Shown one piece after another: positions 1 to 1,109 of a DNA stretch of 1,109 nucleotides; within the stretch, counting starts at the first letter, position 1, and each line of letters starts with the position of its first letter. Origin of the DNA: Naegleria gruberi (Eukaryota); NCBI GenBank assembly GCA_000004985.1, contig GG739554.1; one strand, 5' to 3'. The notes beneath the pieces were generated by a model. That model was given only the letters and a program-made list of their open reading frames with translations, searched no databases and had not been told where the DNA came from. The position numbers and the translations under genes were made by a program.

Positions 1-8
1 TCTCAGAT

Positions 9-1085
9 TCACGTTTCGAAGACAATAGCAGACTTAAAAGGACTGCCTAGTTTTTTCTTTTTCCTAATAGAAACAGACTTCTTTCTTGGAGTTTGGAATA
101 AACTGTTTTTCCTATCCAAATCCAAGTCGTCATCTACTGTTTGGGAAACGAACTTACTTATTCCTCCCTCGTTAGAGTTGACTCCATCTATAGACTTTTG
201 AAGGGCCTGAATTTGAGAGCTGATTGAAAATTCGGAGTCTGATCTGTCCTTTTTGAGTTTGTTTAAATCCATTTTAAACCTATTTAATAGAGTTTCGACA
301 TCTTTTTTCTTTAAGGAGAGATCACTGTGAAGGGATTTGATTTCACTAGAAAAGTCAGACTTGACTTTCTCTACAGCAGACTTGATGGATTCTTTAAGCT
401 TGTTAATATTTTCATTAATGTCCGTCATTGAGTCATTAAGATGTTTCATACGTGAGCCGTTGTTTTTCAATTCCCCATCCATAAAGGATTTGAAGTCAGA
501 AAGATCCTTGCCAACATTGGTGGTTTTGATATTAACTTGATTCATATCATTTTTAAAATCTTCTTTGTTCACCAATTTCTCCAAATTAGATTTCAAAGCG
601 GAGTTCTCTTCCTCTAAGCTCTTCACGCAGGATTCAAGAGTTTTCACTCTTTTCTCCAACATTTCGAGACTTGAATTGGTGGCAAGGTGCTTCAGGTCAA
701 CAGCAGTACCTTTGGTGGCAGTTTCTTGGATAAGCTCTTTCACTCTGGTCATAAGAGAAGGTTTGTTTTTTCTGGGATTGAAGGAAAGATTATTTACAAC
801 AATACCACCAACATATAACAATTTAGAAATAGTAGCAGATTTGAGATCCTCCCGATTGACACTAACATAAGCTAGGTTATTGTCAATACCAATTTCGGGA
901 GATGGTAATTTCCAGCAAGTCATAATAACTTTTTTAAGGTTTTCAAGATTCATTTTATGATCTGAATCCCATTTAAGACGCATAGTAGTTTTAGTAGCGT
1001 CCAGTTCAGACAAAAATTGGGGTTTATTTGCAAGAGTGTTATTGGCACTGACAGCCCAGAAACCACTAGAAGGAGAGTAGTTCAT
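9..1085 (-). CDS. Hypothetical coiled-coil protein: an N-terminal ~110-aa globular domain, a central ~190-aa coiled coil containing a leucine zipper, and an acidic/polybasic C-terminal tail. Not assignable to a named family from sequence alone.
   Basis: Uninterrupted 358-codon ORF in ~37% GC DNA; a chance ORF of this length in AT-rich sequence is very unlikely. The ATG is the complement of 1083-1085. An in-frame upstream TGA (complement of 1107-1109) means the N-terminus is complete. The stop TGA is the complement of 9-11, with a second in-frame TGA two codons later (complement of 3-5). Codons were re-derived by hand for aa 1-15, 131-180 and 316-358 and match the supplied translation. Heptad periodicity with Leu at d positions across aa 140-174. 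Purine-rich coding strand (AAG/GAA/GAT/AAC) with coding-type codon structure throughout. Confidence 0.85.
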   Translation of the reverse strand: MNYSPSSGFWAVSANNTLANKPQFLSELDATKTTMRLKWDSDHKMNLENLKKVIMTCWKLPSPEIGIDNNLAYVSVNREDLKSATISKLLYVGGIVVNNLSFNPRKNKPSLMTRVKELIQETATKGTAVDLKHLATNSSLEMLEKRVKTLESCVKSLEEENSALKSNLEKLVNKEDFKNDMNQVNIKTTNVGKDLSDFKSFMDGELKNNGSRMKHLNDSMTDINENINKLKESIKSAVEKVKSDFSSEIKSLHSDLSLKKKDVETLLNRFKMDLNKLKKDRSDSEFSISSQIQALQKSIDGVNSNEGGISKFVSQTVDDDLDLDRKNSLFQTPRKKSVSIRKKKKLGSPFKSAIVFET

Positions 1086-1095
1086 GCCAACAATA

Positions 1096-1107
1096 TCCTT
1101 ACCTCCT
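1096..1107 (-). promoter_or_regulatory. Shine-Dalgarno-like purine motif upstream of the ATG (AGGAGGT, then AAGGA), with questionable spacing
   Basis: Minus-strand sequence upstream of the start reads 5'-TGAGGAGGTAAGGATATTGTTGGC-ATG. AGGAGGT is the complement of 1101-1107 and lies 15 nt from the ATG, which is longer than the usual 5-10 nt. AAGGA is the complement of 1096-1100 and lies 10 nt away. The motif could equally be chance, or the tail of an upstream ORF ending at the in-frame TGA. If the gene is eukaryotic the motif means nothing. Confidence 0.2.
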
Positions 1108-1109
1108 CA

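Noticed and set aside
47-66. T-rich tract (ctagttttttctttttcc) that could be taken for a terminator poly-U stretch or a regulatory T-run
   Set aside because: On the minus strand it encodes the in-frame lysine run L-K-K-K-K-R (CTA AAA AAG AAA AAA AGG) of the C-terminal basic cluster. No GC-rich stem precedes it on either strand.
337-540. Plus-strand 67-aa ORF (MISLEKSDLTFSTADLMDSLSLLIFSLMSVIESLRCF...)
   Set aside because: It lies entirely antisense inside the 358-aa ORF. Its Leu/Ser/Phe-rich product is what the complement of a GAA/AAG/GAT-rich coding strand produces. It is short, has no convincing start context, and nothing supports it independently.
564-760. Possible bZIP transcription factor (leucine zipper preceded by basic residues RKNKPSLMTRVK)
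   Set aside because: The basic stretch lies about 25 residues upstream of the zipper rather than adjoining it. It also lacks the invariant N-x2-AA-x2-(C/S)-R basic-region signature. The zipper is better read as a generic dimerisation module.
565-870. Plus-strand 101-aa ORF (MFTNFSKLDFKAEFSSSKLFTQDSRVF...)
   Set aside because: This is likewise an antisense shadow of the coiled-coil coding region: AAG, GAA and GAG read backwards give CTT, TTC and CTC. It has no RBS or Kozak context, and its low-complexity F/S/L-rich product resembles no protein family.
9-1085. Ciliate or other alternative genetic code, prompted by TGA being the only stop used and low GC
   Set aside because: All Gln residues seen use CAA. 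No in-frame TAA or TAG occurs in 358 codons, which would be very unlikely in a ciliate gene. Trp is TGG, so a Mollicute code where TGA encodes Trp is also not indicated. The standard code fits.
9-1085. Secreted or glycosylated protein, suggested by multiple N-x-S/T sequons (NNT, NSS, NDS, NLS) and an N-terminal hydrophobic patch FWAVSA
   Set aside because: The N-terminus (MNYSPSSGFWAVSANNTLANK) has no signal-peptide-like hydrophobic core of adequate length and no transmembrane segment anywhere. The sequons are expected by chance in an Asn/Ser-rich protein.
1-1109. Multi-gene defence or mobile system, CRISPR array, tRNA/ncRNA, or inverted/direct repeats
   Set aside because: The window holds a single gene with 8 nt of 3' flank and 24 nt of 5' flank. 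No direct or inverted repeats of 12 nt or longer, no spacer-repeat periodicity and no tRNA-like cloverleaf were seen by eye. A system-level call would be invention.

Overview
The window is almost entirely filled by one complete minus-strand ORF (nt 9..1085, 358 aa); the whole window is about 37% GC. Both ends of the ORF lie inside the window. An in-frame TGA at 1107-1109 stops it extending upstream. At the 3' end there is a tandem stop, TGA-ATC-TGA. The predicted protein has three parts. Residues 1-110 are strand-like and probably globular. Residues 111-300 are a heptad-rich coiled coil that contains a clean five-heptad leucine zipper with an a-position Asn, a GCN4-like specificity feature. 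Residues 301-358 form a low-complexity tail with an acidic patch followed by a polybasic cluster flanked by S/T-P-x-K motifs. I do not recognise this protein as a member of any named family, so product and gene symbol are left open. The source organism is uncertain. Codon choice (GAG about equal to GAA, AAG about equal to AAA, TTG-dominant Leu, AGG/AGA Arg, GTG Val) and the N/S/K/D/E-rich composition look more like an intronless fungal or plant gene than a low-GC bacterial gene. A Shine-Dalgarno-like AGGAGGT does sit upstream of the ATG, but its spacing of 15 nt is too long to be convincing. Both plus-strand ORFs on the track lie antisense inside the large ORF and are most likely artefacts. 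I see no RNA genes, CRISPR arrays, mobile-element ends or nucleotide-level repeats. One gene in 1.1 kb gives no flanking context, so I cannot call a multi-gene system. The findings below are therefore confined to this protein.
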